Shown: positions 30,930-45,900 of the stretch, piece by piece
Layout of the letters: each line of letters starts with the position of its first letter
Numbering within the stretch: position 1 is the first letter of the stretch
Source of the DNA: Thecamonas trahens ATCC 50062
Taxonomy: Eukaryota > Protista > Apusomonadida
Length of the DNA: 64,000 bases
Assembly: GCF_000142905.1 (NCBI RefSeq)
Contig: NW_013657658.1
Coordinates: forward strand, 372,001 to 436,000
Reading direction: 5' to 3'
Translations under genes and position numbers: made by a program
Notes under the pieces: model-generated
What the model was told of the DNA's origin: nothing
What the model saw: the letters and a program-made list of their open reading frames with translations, nothing else
Databases searched by the model: none

Positions 30930-33900
30930 TCAGTCCAGCCGCGAGTCAATCGAGACGATCGACGCCGACGACAACTGTGCCGTGTTGTCGGTGGTCTCGT
31001 CGGCGGTCTCGTCGACGGTGGCGGTCGAGTACACGGTCGTGTCTTGGTCTCGCCCGCCGCCGGCGACGGCGCGGGCATGATGGCTGCGCGAGATGGCCGA
31101 GCTGGCCGACGTTGACCACGGATCCGAGTCGTTTGCGGTGTCAACGAGCGCCGAGGTCTGGTCTGACGATGACGACGCTGACGAGCTGCCGACGTGCCGC
31201 ACTGCAGCACGCTCGGCTTCGCTCCGCGAGCCAACTGACGACATGGTCGAGTGCAGATGGCCGACGCGATTGGCAAGTGCGGCGCCCGACGATACTGAGT
31301 CCGAGTCCGATCCCGAGTCCGAGCAGGCACCGCGGCCAAGCTGGCCGTGCCCGCGGTGGATCTCCGACCGCGAGTCGGCCGATGCAGTCGACGACCAGGC
31401 GTGTGAGTCCGAGCTCGAGCCCGAGCCCGAGCCCGAGCCCGAGCTGGTGTCGTCGATGTTGCGTCGAGCCCGGCCGGCACTCATGTTGCGCGACCAGCGC
31501 GGGAGGCCCTTGCCAACCTCGGACTCTCGCGACATGATCGATGTCACCGAGGCTGAGACCGAGGCCGAGCTCTCTGGATCGTCAGCTTCGGTTGTTCCTG
31601 ACGGCGCAGGCGCAACCGCGGGTGAGGTGGCGTTCTTGCCGGCGACTGTCCCAACACCGGCACCCGAAGCCGAGTCTGAGCTCGAGGCCGAGGCCGAGTC
31701 TGAGCTCGAGGCCGAGGTCGAGCTGGCACTGCTACCGCTCGAGCTTTCGGCGCTGCTCGACTCGAGTGCGCTCGTCCTGCTCGAGCTGTAGTCGATACTT
31801 GACATGGACTCGCTGATGCGGAGGCCTGAGGCCGAGCCAGCGACGTACCAGTGCGGCTTGCGCTCGCCGGCCATCTCTTCGAGGAGGAACTCGGCCTCGA
31901 CTTCGTCGAGAGCGCCGGCAAACTTGGCGAGCACGTCGACGTCCGAGTGGTACGACGAGTAGCCTTCGTCATCGGCCCGACGCAGGGCCTTCTTGATGGC
32001 AGCGAGCTTTGCGGCTGCAAACTCGCGGAAGGTGAGGTCCGAGAGCTTGAGCGCGCGGCGGAGGACGCCGATGTAGACAAAGACAAAGAAGCCGATGAAC
32101 GACATGATAACAAACGACTGGATGAAGAACACGTCCTCGGTCTCCGACTCGGGCTCGCCGAGAGCGGCGAGGAGGGTGAGGACGAGCAGCGAGAAGAGCT
32201 CCAGCCGGTTTGACGCCGTGTCCACAAACGGCATGTACACCATGTGGATAATAACAAGGAACGAGCACGCGATCATGAGCACCAGCTGGCGGTTCTGGCC
32301 ATCCTGGAAGAACGCCACGTACAGCGCAGTCATCAGCGTTCGTCGACCGATGACGACGGCCTCGAAAAAGTAGGCCGACGGCCGGTAGGCGCCAAAGAGC
32401 GCACCGAAGCGGCGGGTGACAACGGCGTCGCGGAGGCCGTTGGCCTCGAGCGGCCGCAGCGGGTCGCGGATCCGGTTGCGGTAGTACCGCAGCAGGCCGG
32501 CGAGCATCGGCGGGAGCGGGAGGACAAGCAGCACAATAATGACAATGGCGAGAACCATCGGCACAATGTGCGCGCCACGGTAGCACGGCACGTCCGGCGC
32601 CACCTGCAGCCGCTGCTCGCCGTCGACTTGGAAGCAGTTGAGGAGCTGCAGCGAGGTCTTGGCCAGCGTCGAGTACGAAAAGCCGGCAATGGCTAGCGCG
32701 CCCGCCACGTACATGTCCAGCCGCATCCGCTTAAAGTACTTGACGCCGGCGATCCGGAGCACTAGGTGGACGAGCAAGTTGGCACCGAGGAGTGCAAAGA
32801 GGACAAGCGGAATGACCAGGCTCGCCATCTGCTTCTCCAGCGGGGAGAGCGGGGCCAGACACGACGACGACGACGAGTTCTCGTCCGGCTCGCCCACCAC
32901 CAGCCGCTCGAGCACCTCGGGCGAGAGGAGAAGGACCGAGAAAATGTTGAAGAACGGCGAGATGGGCCCGATGAGGAGTGGGCACGTCTGCGCCATGTAC
33001 AGCACAATCTTGATGAGTCCACCGCCCTTGCCGGGCTTCTTGGCTAGGGTCATGATGACAAAGGCCTGCGCAGGCAGGAGCAGCAGCATGATGAGCGGCC
33101 AGTTGTACCCGTCGCACTTGACGCACTTGTTGGAGACCAGGAAGAAGCCCTCGGCGCAGTCGGCACAGAGCACGCCGGCTCGGTTGCGCCCACAGACCCG
33201 GGCCGAGCCGGCGGCGCAAAAGCCGAGCCCCGACGGGGTCGGACAGCACGCGCCCGGAATGCCGCAGCGCTTAAAGACCGGGACCTCTTCGTTCGGGTCG
33301 GTGATCTCGTAGAAGCCCGGCGTCGAGCCTACGTCGTCACCACCGGCGCAGAGGCCACCGATCGGGCACGGCAAGCAGGTGATACTGCCTGCCCGCCGGT
33401 TAAAGGTTCCGTACGGACAGCGGATGCAGATGATAAAGCCGGCAATGTCGCGGTCGACGATAAAGCCTGGCCCGCACGTGCTCCGCACCGTCTCGTTGAC
33501 CAGCGTCGTCGTCTCGGGAATCGAGGTCCACTGCAGCGTGTACGGCTGCGAGAGGTCGAGTACCTTGAGGAGCAAGTTCTCAAAGGTGGCGAGGCCCTCG
33601 ATGACCGGCACCGAGACCGTGCCCTGCAGAACGGCTGGCGGAGTGCCGAGGCCCTCAAACTCCGAGTAGGTGCCGTCGCCGTCAAAGTCAAAGACGACCT
33701 TGATGATGACCTGGATTGGCCGGTCGCCTTCGGTTGTCCGCGTCACGGTGTTCTCAAAGTAGTCCTGCAGCGCAATGACCGACCCGAACCGCTCGTTGGC
33801 TTCCTTCAGCTGCGGCCACTGCGAGATCATCGACATCTTGGAGACAACAGAGGCCTGGACCGGACCGTAACCTTCGGCCACGTTGCCGGTGTAGGAGCAC

Positions 33901-36900
33901 TCGACGCACCACGGGTCGACCACCGGGAAGGCTGACTCAAAGTAGACGCAGCCGCCAGCGATGTCCACCGAGTTGGAGTCGAACCGGCCTTCGGTGACCA
34001 GCGCCGCCGACGGGCCGGTCGAGTTGGGCAGAAAGTAGATGGCACCGCCAAAGGCGGCCACGTTGTCGCGGAACTCGGTGCCACCGCTCACTGCAATTTG
34101 GCCCGGGTTCGACGCAGTCGTCAGGGCGCCGCCGTTGTTGCCCTTGTTTGAGGCGAACACGCCGCCGACGACCGAGGTTGAGCAGAGCGAGTACACTCCG
34201 CCACCGTCCGAGGCCTGGCACGACTCGATTGTCGCGCCCTCTAGCCGGATCTGCCCGCCCGAATGCCGGCAGTAGATGCCTGCGCCCTGGCCGGCCACAA
34301 AGTGGTCGGCGATGCGGGTGCCGCGGACCACAAGCAAAGAGTCGAACCGCATGTACACGCCGCCGCCGTCGAGCGCGTCGTTGCGCGAAACGACGCCGCG
34401 TTCGATGACCACAGTCCCGCCCTGGTCGATTGACACCGCACCGCCGCCCTGGTCGAGCGTCTGCCGCGCCGAGTTGAGGGTGAGGAGCGAGTCGACAATG
34501 CTGACGGACGAGGTCGAGGTGGCATAGACCGCGCCGCCGGTGTCGGCCACGTTCCGAGTCAGCGTCGTCCGCACAATTTCCACCGTCGACGAGATGGTGG
34601 CGAAAACAACGCCGCCTTGTCCGGCGTCGTCGACCGAGTTGGCCTCGATGACGCAGTCCAGAATGTGGACGCCCGACGCGCCAAACGAGTAGGTGACGCC
34701 ACCGGCTTCGGCTGTGTTTCGCGAGAGCCGCAGTACGCTCTGCAGCGTGACCTGGCCGGCGTCCTTGGTGTACACCACGCCGCCAAAGGCGCCGACGTTG
34801 TCGACAATCTCGCCGCCGACCACAAAGGCGTGGCCGCTCTGGTCCGACGAGACGACGCCACCCTGCGGCGCCGAGTTGAGCCGGAAGACGCAGTCCTCCA
34901 GCCGCGGGCTCGCGGTCCGTGACGTGGCCACCACGCCGCCGAGGTCGCCTCCGACGTTGCTCTCGAACAGCGAGTTGGTCACCTTGAGCACTGAGCTTCC
35001 ACCGGCAAAGAGCGCGCCGCCGACCTGGGCCGAGTTGACGAGGAAGACCGAGTCGGTGACCAGGTTTGTGCCGACGATCGAGGCCCGCGCCGAGATGGCG
35101 CCGCCGATGGAGAGCGCCCGGTTGGAGGCGAACCTGCACCGCGACCAGCGAGTGTTGGCGTAGCGGAGCGAGACCGCACCGCCTTCGCCGGCCACATTGC
35201 GCTCAAAGGCACAAGAGGTGAAGAGGACTGTCGGCAGGTTGTCACCTGCCAGGGCCTCGGCCGTGGCTGCCCGCGACGCCGATGGCGGTGTGTCGTCGAC
35301 CATCACCGCGGCGCCGACCACCACCGTGTTGATGTCGGTGACGTTGAGCCGGGTAAACTCGACGCCTGTGCTGTCACGGACGTAGACCGCCGGCCGCTCA
35401 CCGCCGGTCACCTGGGTCACGATCAGGTCGTGGATGCTCGCACCAGTGGAGGAACTCACACTCAGCGAGCCCTCCAGGTTACCGGAGAGGACCGAGTGTG
35501 CGAGAACAAAGTCAAACGAGGACTCGATGTGGACGGCAGCGAGCGCGGCCGTGTTGCCGGTCACGCTCACATTGACCACCTGGAGCCGGCGCGAGTTGAG
35601 CGTGGAGAAGAGCGCCGAGCCCGAACCGGCGATGGCGGTGTTGCCCTCAAGCACACAGTTCGAGATGGTGACATCGGTGACCTGCTCAAACGCCATGCCG
35701 CCGCCGTTGTTGGCGGCCGAGTTGCGGAGCGCGGTGACGTCGTGGACACTGACGTTGGAGCAGCCCGAGAGCTGGAGGCCGGCGCCGGTCGACGGGAGGA
35801 CAGCCACCAAGTTGTCCTCGGCAGTGACCCGGAGAATGCTCGCCGACACCACGCTCTGCCAAAAGACGCCACCACCGGACGCACCCGAGTTGCCGCGGAG
35901 GATCACATCGGTGACATGAAGATCTTCGTCGCGCTCAGCGTAGAGCGCGCCGCCGCGTGCAGTGTCAGGCGAGACGACGGCGTTGGCCTCAAAGAGCGAG
36001 TTGGAAAAGTGCGTTGAGCGCCCGTTAAAGGTGTACATGCACCCGCCAGAGCGGGCGACGTTCCTGGAGTAGACCGAGTCCTTGAAGGTCGAGTTGTGCA
36101 GTGTCTCGCCAAAGAGGCAGCCGCCAAACTGCGAGGCACGGTTGGCGTTAAAGGTGGCGTCAGCAAGGGAGATCTGCGAGGCGTAGGCAGCGATGCCGCC
36201 GCCGACCCCGCCGGCCGAGTTGGCCACAAAGGCCGAGTCGGAGCCGTCAAAGACCGAGCTGGTCATCCACAGGCCGCCGCCGTTGGTCACGGCGGCGTTG
36301 GCCGAAAAGTTGGACCACCTCAGCGTGAGCTTCGAGTCCTCCATGTACACACCGCCACCGAGCGTTGTCGCGGTGTTGGCCTCGACGGTCGAGTTGAGGA
36401 GGAGGGACTCGGCGGAGCGGATGGTGACACCTGCTGCACGCTGGGCGATGTTCCGCGAGAGCGTACACGAGACAAAGGTCGAGACGGCGCCAGCGATGGT
36501 CGACACCGCCCCGCCGTCCTGCCCGGCGCTGTTTCCGCTCACCACCGAGTCCTCGAACCGGACCTGGGCCTGGGTCTCGAAGCTTAGCGCGCCGCCGTTG
36601 GCCAACGCTACGTTGTCTTCGACGGTGACTGCGGTAAAGACGGCAAACGACTTGCCGGCGACCACGACAGCGCCGCCCGATCCAGCGCGTGCGGTGTTGG
36701 CGGTGAGCTGACTGCGGAGTACCACCAGGGCGCGGCCGTTCACAAAGATGCCGCCAGCGCCGTCGGCGGTGTTGCCGGTCATGGTGACCGCGTCGAGCTC
36801 GACGTCGGTGACGTTGAAGGCCATGATGGCACCGCCGAGGCCGGTGGCCGCCTCGTTGCCCGAGAGAACGGTGCGGAGGACACGGGCGTTGCTCGACGAG

Positions 36901-39900
36901 TTAAGGAAGACCGCACCGCCGTGGTAGCCAGCAGAGTTGCCGTCAAAGACAAGGTCGACCAGCTGCGAGTAAATCATGCCGAGGGCCGAGACGGCGCCAC
37001 CGCGATCGCCGGCCGAGTTGCCGACAAAGATTGAGCGCGACATGTTGAGCGAGCCGTCGACGACGTGGAGGCCACCGCCCGAGGCGCCGGCCTTGTTGTA
37101 CTCGATCCTGGTGTCGTCGAGGACAAGGTTGGAGCCGGTGGCGACGACGATGCCGCCGCCGCTGCCGGCCACCGCGGTGTTGTTGGCAAAGGTGGAGAAG
37201 GGGAACTCGGCGATGCCTGCGTCCGAGACGTACGCGCCGCCGCCGTCGATGAGACCGACGTTGAGGACGACGGTGGTGCGGACAAGGATTGGATGAGCCT
37301 CGTCTGAGATGCCGAAGCCGCCGCCGTACGCCGCCGTGTTCCGTGCGAGCACCGCATCCTGGACTACCGGGTCCGATCCGCCGGTGAGCACAATGCCGCC
37401 ACCGATGCCGATGGCGGTGTTGGCCTCGACAACCGTGGCCACCAGCTGGGTCTCAGCCTCGTCGTAGTAGAGGCCACCACCCGAGGCCGCTGCGATGTTG
37501 TCGCGGATGACCGAAAAGCCAAGGACCGACGCAGTCGAGTTGAGCGCGTACACCCCACCACCGGCGTGGGCCGAGTTGCCGGCGATAATTGTGGTGTTGA
37601 GCGCGGTGTAGACATCGGTGGCGAGGAAGACACCGCCGCCGCTCGCGCTGGCAGTGTTGAGCGTGACCTCAGAGTCGAGAACGACCAGGCGCGACGAGAC
37701 GACGTGGACGCCGCCACCGCTGCCGGCCGCGGCGCCGTTCCGAGTGACGACCGAGGCGTGGACGGCAACGACTGAGATGCGGCCGACAAGCCCACCGCCG
37801 TAGGTTGCAGCGGTGTTGCCAATGACCGAAACGTCGCTCAGCGAGAGATAGCCGTCGTCGACGATACCTCCACCGCCATAGCTCGCAGCAGCGTTGCCGA
37901 CAATCTGCGACGAGACAAGGACAACCGAGGCGTTGGTCTCGGCCATAAAGCCGGCGCCAAAAGCAGACGCGGTGTTGTTGCCGATCTCGACAAGCGAGGC
38001 CGAGAGGACCGACGAGGCGGCGAGGAAGACGCCGCCGCCGGCGACAGCCGCGTTGGCCGCAACCACGTTCCGCCCGCTCAGCACCGGAGCACTGGCGCTC
38101 AGCAGTGCCCAGCCGCCACCGTTCAGCTCCGCCGAGTTGCCCGAGGTAGTCAAGTCGACAAAGACAGCCGCCGAGCCGAAACCGGCAAAGCCGCCACCGT
38201 AGCCCGACGCATTGTTGCTGGCGATGAGGGTGCGCTCTACCCGGGGCGACGAGGCGTTGGCGTAGAGCCCACCGCCGTCACCGCTAACTACGTTTGTCCG
38301 CACGATCGAGTCGGCAAAGGTGGCAACAACGTCGGCGGCAACGTAGGCTCCGCCGCCCGAGCCGGCGGCGACAGCGTTGGCCTCCAGCGTCGAGCGAGAG
38401 ACATGGTAGCTGCCCGCCACACCCGAGGCGAGGAACGCGCCGCCGCCGCTCATATAAGCGGCGTTGGCAGCGAGGTGCGAGTCGAGCATGTCCAGCGTCG
38501 ACGAGATGGCGTACAGACCGCCGCCCGAGCCGGCGACCGCCAGGTTGTGGGTGGCGGTCAGGTTGGTGCCCCGAAGAGTGCGCTCGCAGCATATAGACCG
38601 CCGCCCGAGTCTAGCGCGGTGTTGGCATCGAGGCTACTGGCATCGACGGTCACTACCACAGCAGAGTCGCGGAACGCCAGACCACCGCCGGAGAGGGCCA
38701 CATTGGCGTCGACAGTGCAGCCGACAAGAGTGTACGGAGCAGGGCCTGCCGAGAAATGGGCGCCGCCGCCAAAGCCGACCCGGGCCTCGTTGGCTCGGAG
38801 GGTGGTCGAGATGACCATCGGCAGAGCGTCGTCGACCGCGAGGCCGCCGCCTGAGCCGGTCACCGCCGTGTTGCTCTCAAGGCGCGAGTTGGCGACGCGC
38901 ACCACACCGGGGCCACTGACCTGCAGCCCGCCACCGGAGCGACCGGCCACGTTGTGCCAGGCCCGGAGCGTGCGGAAAGAGCCATCGAGAGAGGCGCCGG
39001 TCGCGATGCCACCGCCGCCGTCAAGCGCGGCAGAGTTGTTGGCGAGCAGTAGATCAGCACCGTCAAGAGTGCCATTGGCGACAAAGATGCCTCCGGCCGA
39101 CGCGGCGAGTGCGTCGTTGCCGAGGGCGACAAGGTGGCGGATAACCGAGGCAGACCGGACGGCACAAATGCCACCGCCGTTGCCGACGTTGGCGACGTTG
39201 AAGCCGACGATGGTCTCGTCCCAAACTCCGACCGGCCCGCCCACGTTGCCGTCGACGAGTGATGCGGCCTCGACGGCAGCCAGCGCGTTGGGCGACGCAC
39301 CGTGAAGCGCAGCAGAGAGTTCATCTGCGAGGAGGGCACGAGTAGCGAGGCCGGAGGCGTCGGGCAGGGCATGGAGCTCGAGGACGCTGTCGACGACCTC
39401 CAGGCCGCCGCAGGCATCGCGGCCCAGGTTGCCCCACAGGTAGGAGCCGTTGACAACAGCCTTGGCGCCATCGACGGCGACACCCGCGCCGAGAGACGCG
39501 TTGTTGCCGACAGCGATGGAGCCAACGAGCTCAACAAGCGCACCCGAGTCGGCGTAGACGCCACCACCAGAGCCACCAGCGTCGGTCACAACGTTGGAGG
39601 AGACGATCGAGGACCTGAGGAGGGTCGAGGCCGAGCTGACGACAGCAATACCGGCGCCTCGGGTGGCGGCTGTGTTGGCCGCCACCCGTGAGGTGTGGAC
39701 TTCAAGCACCGCCGAGGCCTCGCACATGACGCCACCGCCACGGGCGCCACCAGTGTTGGAAACGATGGAAGCGGCGATGATGCGCGAGACCGAGAGCGAG
39801 GAGAGGAAGACGCCGCCACCCTCGGAGCCAGCGGCATTGTCGTGGAGCTCGACCGAGTCCATGACCAGCTCGCCGCCGTCGCGGAGGTAGATGCCGCCGC

Positions 39901-42900
39901 CGCGATCGCCGGCGGTGTTGCGGACCACCGTCGAGTTGGTGACAAGCGCGTTGGACGAGCCAACGTAGCCGCCACCACCGAGGCTGCCAGCCGAGTTGTC
40001 AGCGACGACAAAGCCGGTGATGGCCGAAAAGGCGACGTCGGCAAAATAAAAGCCACCGCCGGCGTAGCCAGCAGTGTTGGTCCCGAGCTCGACGTCTGCG
40101 AGAACGACCCGGTCTGCGGCAGCGATCGAGAGCCCACCACCGGTCGAGTTGGCCTCGTTGGACGAGGCGACGACCTGGTTGACGTCAAATGTGACCATAG
40201 CCTCGAGGCCGATGCCGCCGCCCGAGCCGGTGGTGGCGACATTGCGGACCACTGCCAGTCCGGAAGCGTTGAAGACCGCGTTTTGACCAAAGACGCCTCC
40301 GCCCGAGCCGGCACCCGCAGTGTTGGCCTCGACCACACAGACCGAGACCACCATTTGCGCGCCCGACTGCGAGGCGAGCCCGCCGCCCGAGCGGCCGGCG
40401 ATGTTGGCGATGGCGCTCACGTTGGCCAGGACGACCTGGGCGCCCGAGCCAGCCAGCAGCCCGCCACCGTCGACTGCTGCGTCCGAGGCTTCAATCCGGA
40501 GGTCTTGGGCGGTGAGCCGGGCACCGGTGACGACGCTGGCGCCACCGCCCGAGGCGGTAGCAGCTGAGCAGTTGAAGACGACCAGCTCGTCGCTCTCAAC
40601 CACAGAGCCAAGCGCGACGCTTAGGCCACCACCGTTCCCGGCCACTGCGCGGTTTGCGACAAGCCGGCCGGAGGCGAGGACCAGCTGTGCGGATCGGTCA
40701 CCGCAGAGTCCGCCGCCGGAGCGGGCAGCCTCACACTTTTCAAAGAGATAGTCCGAGGCGACGAGAACGCCAGAGTCGCGGACTGCGGCGCAGCCACCGT
40801 CGCGCGCGGCGACCGAGTCGCGGACCACAACGTCGACCGCGGCGAAGCGGCCGGCGTCAACAGAGGCAAGGCCGCCACCGTCACCAGCCGAGACGCAAGA
40901 AGAGACGACTGCGGCTGTGAGATTGAGCTGCGAGGCCAGGCCAGAGACTGCGAGCCCACCTCCGTCCGACGCTGCGGTGCAGCCCGTGATGACAGTGTCG
41001 CGCACGACGACCGAGCCAGCGGCGCGTACACACACACCGCCACCGAGCCGGCCAGCGCGGCAGCTGTCGATGACCGAGTCCGAGTCGAGGCGGGTGAGCG
41101 ACGAAAGGACAGCGGCGAGGCCGCCACCGTCGAGACCGGCCTCGCATGCCGAGATGAGCAGACTCGAGAAGACTGGAGCTGCGTTCTCGCCCAAAACAAA
41201 GAGCCCACCGCCGTCGCGGGCAGCGATGCAGTCGGCGAGCTTGGACGAGGCAATGCGCGGCGAGGCGTGCCAGACGCCCAGCGCACCACCCGAGAGACCA
41301 GCGTACGAGGCCGAGATGTTGGTGCGGGTGAGAGAGACTTGAGTGCCGTGAGCAACAAAGACACCACCACCATAGGCATCGGCGAGACCAGCGACGCAGG
41401 ACGAGTCGGAGATGTCGAGCGAGGTGGCAGCGCCGATAGCGGCGAGCCCACCACCCGAGCCAATCCACGGCTCTGCAGCCCACTCGCCGGCGCACGACGC
41501 CGAGCCATTGGCCGTGTTAAACTCCCAGAGACTGGTGTCGAGGACGGCCGAGCCGTTGGTAACGAGCCAGGCACCGCCGACGCCGCAGCTGACGACGTTG
41601 CGAGCGGCTCTGCCACCAACAGCGCGGACCGACGCGTCGCGGCCGACAAACACGCCGCCACCACCCGAGAGCGCCGAGTTGGCGGTGAGGAGGACGCGGG
41701 TCATGTCGACGAGAGCGAGCTCGCCGAGGCCAACGGCTCCGCCACGGCCACTTGGCGCGGAGCAAGCATCAAAGTGGACATCCTCGAGGGTGAGGTTGGC
41801 AAACGCGGCGTAGATGCAGCCACCGTCGCCGCTGGTCGCCTCGCACTCGGCGAGGAGAGTGCCTGCGAGCGCGAGCGATCCACCGACGTTGGCGACGCAT
41901 CCACCGCCGTCACTAGCAGAGCAACCAACGAGCGACGAGTTGGTGGTGAGCAAGGAGCCAGGAGCGCCAATGTAGACACAGCCGCCATGACCAGAGAGGG
42001 CGACGCAGTGTGCGATGCGGGCGCTGCGGTCGAGGCGGAGCTCGCCAAAGACGGCGGCACCGCCACCACGGGCGCTGGCGGTATCAGCAGTGATGGTCGA
42101 GTCGTGGACGAGCGCGTGCGCGTTCGCCGAGACGTAGAGCCCTCCACCGTCGCCAGACGCCGAGTTGCCGACGACCGACGAGCTCGCGGCCAGCGTGAGG
42201 TTACCGAGCGGGCCGAGGCCAATGCCTCCGCCGTAGCCCAGAGCAAGCGACGAACCGGCGGAGTTGTCGAGCCATGCGACGCCCGAGGCCACCAGCTCGG
42301 CGCCTGCACCCTCAATCCATGCACCGGCACCGAGGCCGATTCCGCGAAGATCCGGGCTGGAGGCCGGACCGGCAACCGAGACAGAATTGTTGGCAACGAT
42401 GAGGTTGCTGAGGATGGCGACCGAGCCGTTGAAGACAGCAAAACCGCCTCCAGCAGCGCCGGCGGAGCAATTGCCCTCGGCAACATTGCCACGGACATCG
42501 ACAGCCGCCATGATCAGCCTCGCCTGCTCGGACATCCAGACACCGGCGCCAGCACCCGCACCGGCACCAGCGACGCCGCCGACGCGATTGGCGTCAAAGG
42601 CACTCGCACCGGCAATGGTGACGTCGGCGCCGCGCCACAGCGCAAGGCCGCCGCCGCAGAGCGCAAGGTTGGCACGGAAGGTGACGGCTGTGAGCGTCGG
42701 GACGGCTGCATCGAAGATGAGCGCGCCTCCGCCACAGCCTGATGCGACGTTGCGCTCGAGAACGGTGTCGGCGATAACGACGCCGGCAGAGACGCCACCG
42801 AGCCAGAGCCCACCGCCACCGCCAACCGTGTCGCTAGCGCGCGCCGCGGCTGCGGCGGCCGTGGCCTCGACGGCGGTGATGCTTACAGCGGTACTGCCGC

Positions 42901-45900
42901 AAGCGACCGGACCGGCGGCGATGTTGGCGGCGACGGTGCAGCCGGCCAGCCGCAACTTGGTGGCATGACGAGCAAAGAGACCGCCGCCGCGATCGGCCGT
43001 GTTGGCCTCGAGACTCGAGGCTGTGACAACGACGTCGGCCTCAGCGCCTGCAGCCGAGGCCAGCAGGCCGCCACCCGAGCCACCTAGGGCACGGTTGCGC
43101 GCAATGACTGCGGCGTCGAGCGAGACAAGCGAGGCCTCGACCCAAACACCGCCGCCTCCAGCGGCGAGGCCTGCACCAATGCAGCTGGCGACATTGTCCG
43201 CAATCGTCGAGTTGGTCAGCGAGATGTTGCCGTTTGAGGCGGCAAGCCCGCCACCCGAGAGGGTGGCGTTGGAAAAGACGACCGTGACGTTGGCGCCGAC
43301 CAGCATGCCACCGGTGGCAGCAGCAGCACCACCGCCGATCCGGCCTGCGGTTCCGTGGGAGACGATGACCGAGTCGAACGCACAGTGGGCATCACCAAGG
43401 CAGCCGAGCCCACCGCCATCGAGTGCGGCAAAGCAGTGCGAGAGGTGCGCGCGGCGAACGTCCACGACGCCGGATGAGCCAGCGCCGAGCCCGCCGCCGG
43501 AGCCTGCGGCAGAGCACGAGACAACCGTAAGGTCTGCGGCCGCGAGACGACCAGAGTTGGCAGCCCAGAGCCCACCACCGTCAGCGGCCGAGGCGGCGCA
43601 TGACTCGACGAGAACACGGGCGAGCTGGACGCTCGCAGCCGAGCCCGAGACAAGCAGGCCGCCACCTGCGCCACCACCTGCGGCGGTGCACGACTCGATG
43701 TGGAGATCCGAAGCCACCAAGGCGGCGTCCCACACACCGATGCCACCGGCGCCGGCCGAGGCGGCGACCAAGTGACGGAGGACGAGACCGGCCGAGAGCG
43801 AGACGTTTGCGGCGGCGGTGGCGGCGAGGCCACCCGCGCCGTTCGCGGCGGAGCACGAGGCGATGGAGCCGGACACGACTGAGGCTGCGCCACTGGAGCC
43901 CGTGCGGGTAAAGAGCATGCCGCCACCATCGCGGCCTGCGGTGGCGTTGGCCACAGAGACGCGGACAAGGACAACCGAGGCGTCGCACTGGGCACACCAC
44001 AAGCCGCCGCCATCCCGCAACGCAAAGCCGGCAACCAGCTGCGAGTCTATGAGCGTAAACGAGCCCGGGGAGACCGCTGAGGCATCAACGCCGATGCAAC
44101 CACCGTCGATTGCCGAGTTGTCAGCGAGGAGCGAACTTGTGACCACAGCCGAAGAGCCTGGCCCAGCGAGACCGAGGCCGCCACCAAAGGCCGAGGCGGG
44201 AGCGATTGCCGAGTTGTTGAGGAGCTCCGAGGCATGGAGGGCCAGTCTGCCGTCGCTGCCGAGCCCGATGCCACCGCCATACAGCCATGCAGTGTTGTTG
44301 GCGAGGAGGCAGTCGTCGAGGTCACAGCGCGAGGCGTTGGCGGCAAAGACACCGCCGCCTGCGCCCGACGCTGCGACGTTGGCGGCAAACTGAAGCCGGG
44401 TGCCGTTGAACTGGCCACCGGCATCGGCAGCAGCGCCGCCGCCGGAGCCGAGCACCGCCATGTTGCCGTCCCAGTACGAGTCCAGACCAACCAGGCCGGC
44501 ACTCGCGCCCGAGACCATGCTCCCGCCGCCGTGAATGAAGGCTGTGCAATGGGCAATCCGGCTTGCCTGGAGGCTACCAAGCGAGGCCGGGCCAAGCCAG
44601 AGTCCACCACCAGAGGCCGCGGCCTCACAGTGCGAGACGAGCGAGGCGATGAGGGTAAGCCGAGCGTCAGCATCTGCCACAGCGAGTCCACCGCCGTCGA
44701 CAGCAGTGCACGAGTTAATGTGCGAGCTGGTTAGGGTGACGGTCGCGGCCGAGGTAACCGAGAGTCCTCCGCCATGGGCGGCGGCAGAGCAATTGGTGGC
44801 TGTGGTGGCGAGGAGCGAGGCGATGGCTGCGGAACCAGTGATGCTCAACCCACCGCCATGTCGTGCGGCGGAGCATCGGTCGAGAGTAACACTGACGAGC
44901 TTGGCGTCGCCGCCGGCGGCCGCGGCGAGCCCACCACCATCGCGAGCGGCGGTGTTCTCGGCGAGCGCAGCCGCTGCCATGACCAAGCGGCCGGAAGCGC
45001 CAACCCAGAAGCCTCCGCCGTCGTTGGCAGCATAGTTTGCGGTGACACTCGAGTCGTTGGCGTCAAGCCACCCGGCATCGACACCGAGGCCACCACCGTC
45101 GTTCGCGGCGTTGCCGGTAACCACAGAGCCGTTCACAACGTGGGCGATGGCCGAGCCGTTGACGTAAAGGCCACCACCGACTGCCGTCGCGTTGTTGGCC
45201 GCGAGGCTGGCGGCGGTGACGACGCACAGCGAGTCGGAGCTGATCCACAGCCCGCCACCATTGGTGGCCATGTTGCGGGTAAGCTGCGAGCCGTCCTCGA
45301 GCCGAAGGCTACCAGCGGTGACAACAGCGGCGCCACCACCGGCGCCGCCAGCGGTGTTGCCAGCGACCGCAACACGGGCCAGGGTAACCGACGCCGCGTT
45401 GGCCAGGTGCAAGCCACCACCAGCAGAGCTGGCTGTGCTCGACGTGATCACGGTGTCGATGACGTAGACGACGACCGAGTCGTGGGCGGCGATGCCGCCG
45501 CCGACGCCGGCCGCAGTGCAGCTGTCGACCAGAACCCGAGTAAGGAGGTTGTCGCTCGACGGAAGCGTGTATGCGAGGCCGCCACCAGCCTTTGCGGCAG
45601 AGCAGGCGACAAAGGTCGAGCGCTCAAAGACCGAGCTTGCGTTGGTGGCCCACACGCCGCCACCGTCACCGTTGCTGGCGACAGAGAGCGAGACGTTGAG
45701 GCCGAGCGCGCGCACACTGCCGGAGACGATGCTGAGGCCACCACCGTTACTGGCAGGCCCAGCAGCAGTGCAAGCAGCGATCGATGACGAGACGAGGTCG
45801 AGCTCGCCACCTGCGCCAACGCCGATGCCTCCACCATGGCCGGTAAGCGCGACTGAAGTGATTACCCGTAGCTGGGTCGCGACTGCTGATGCAGCCGGCA

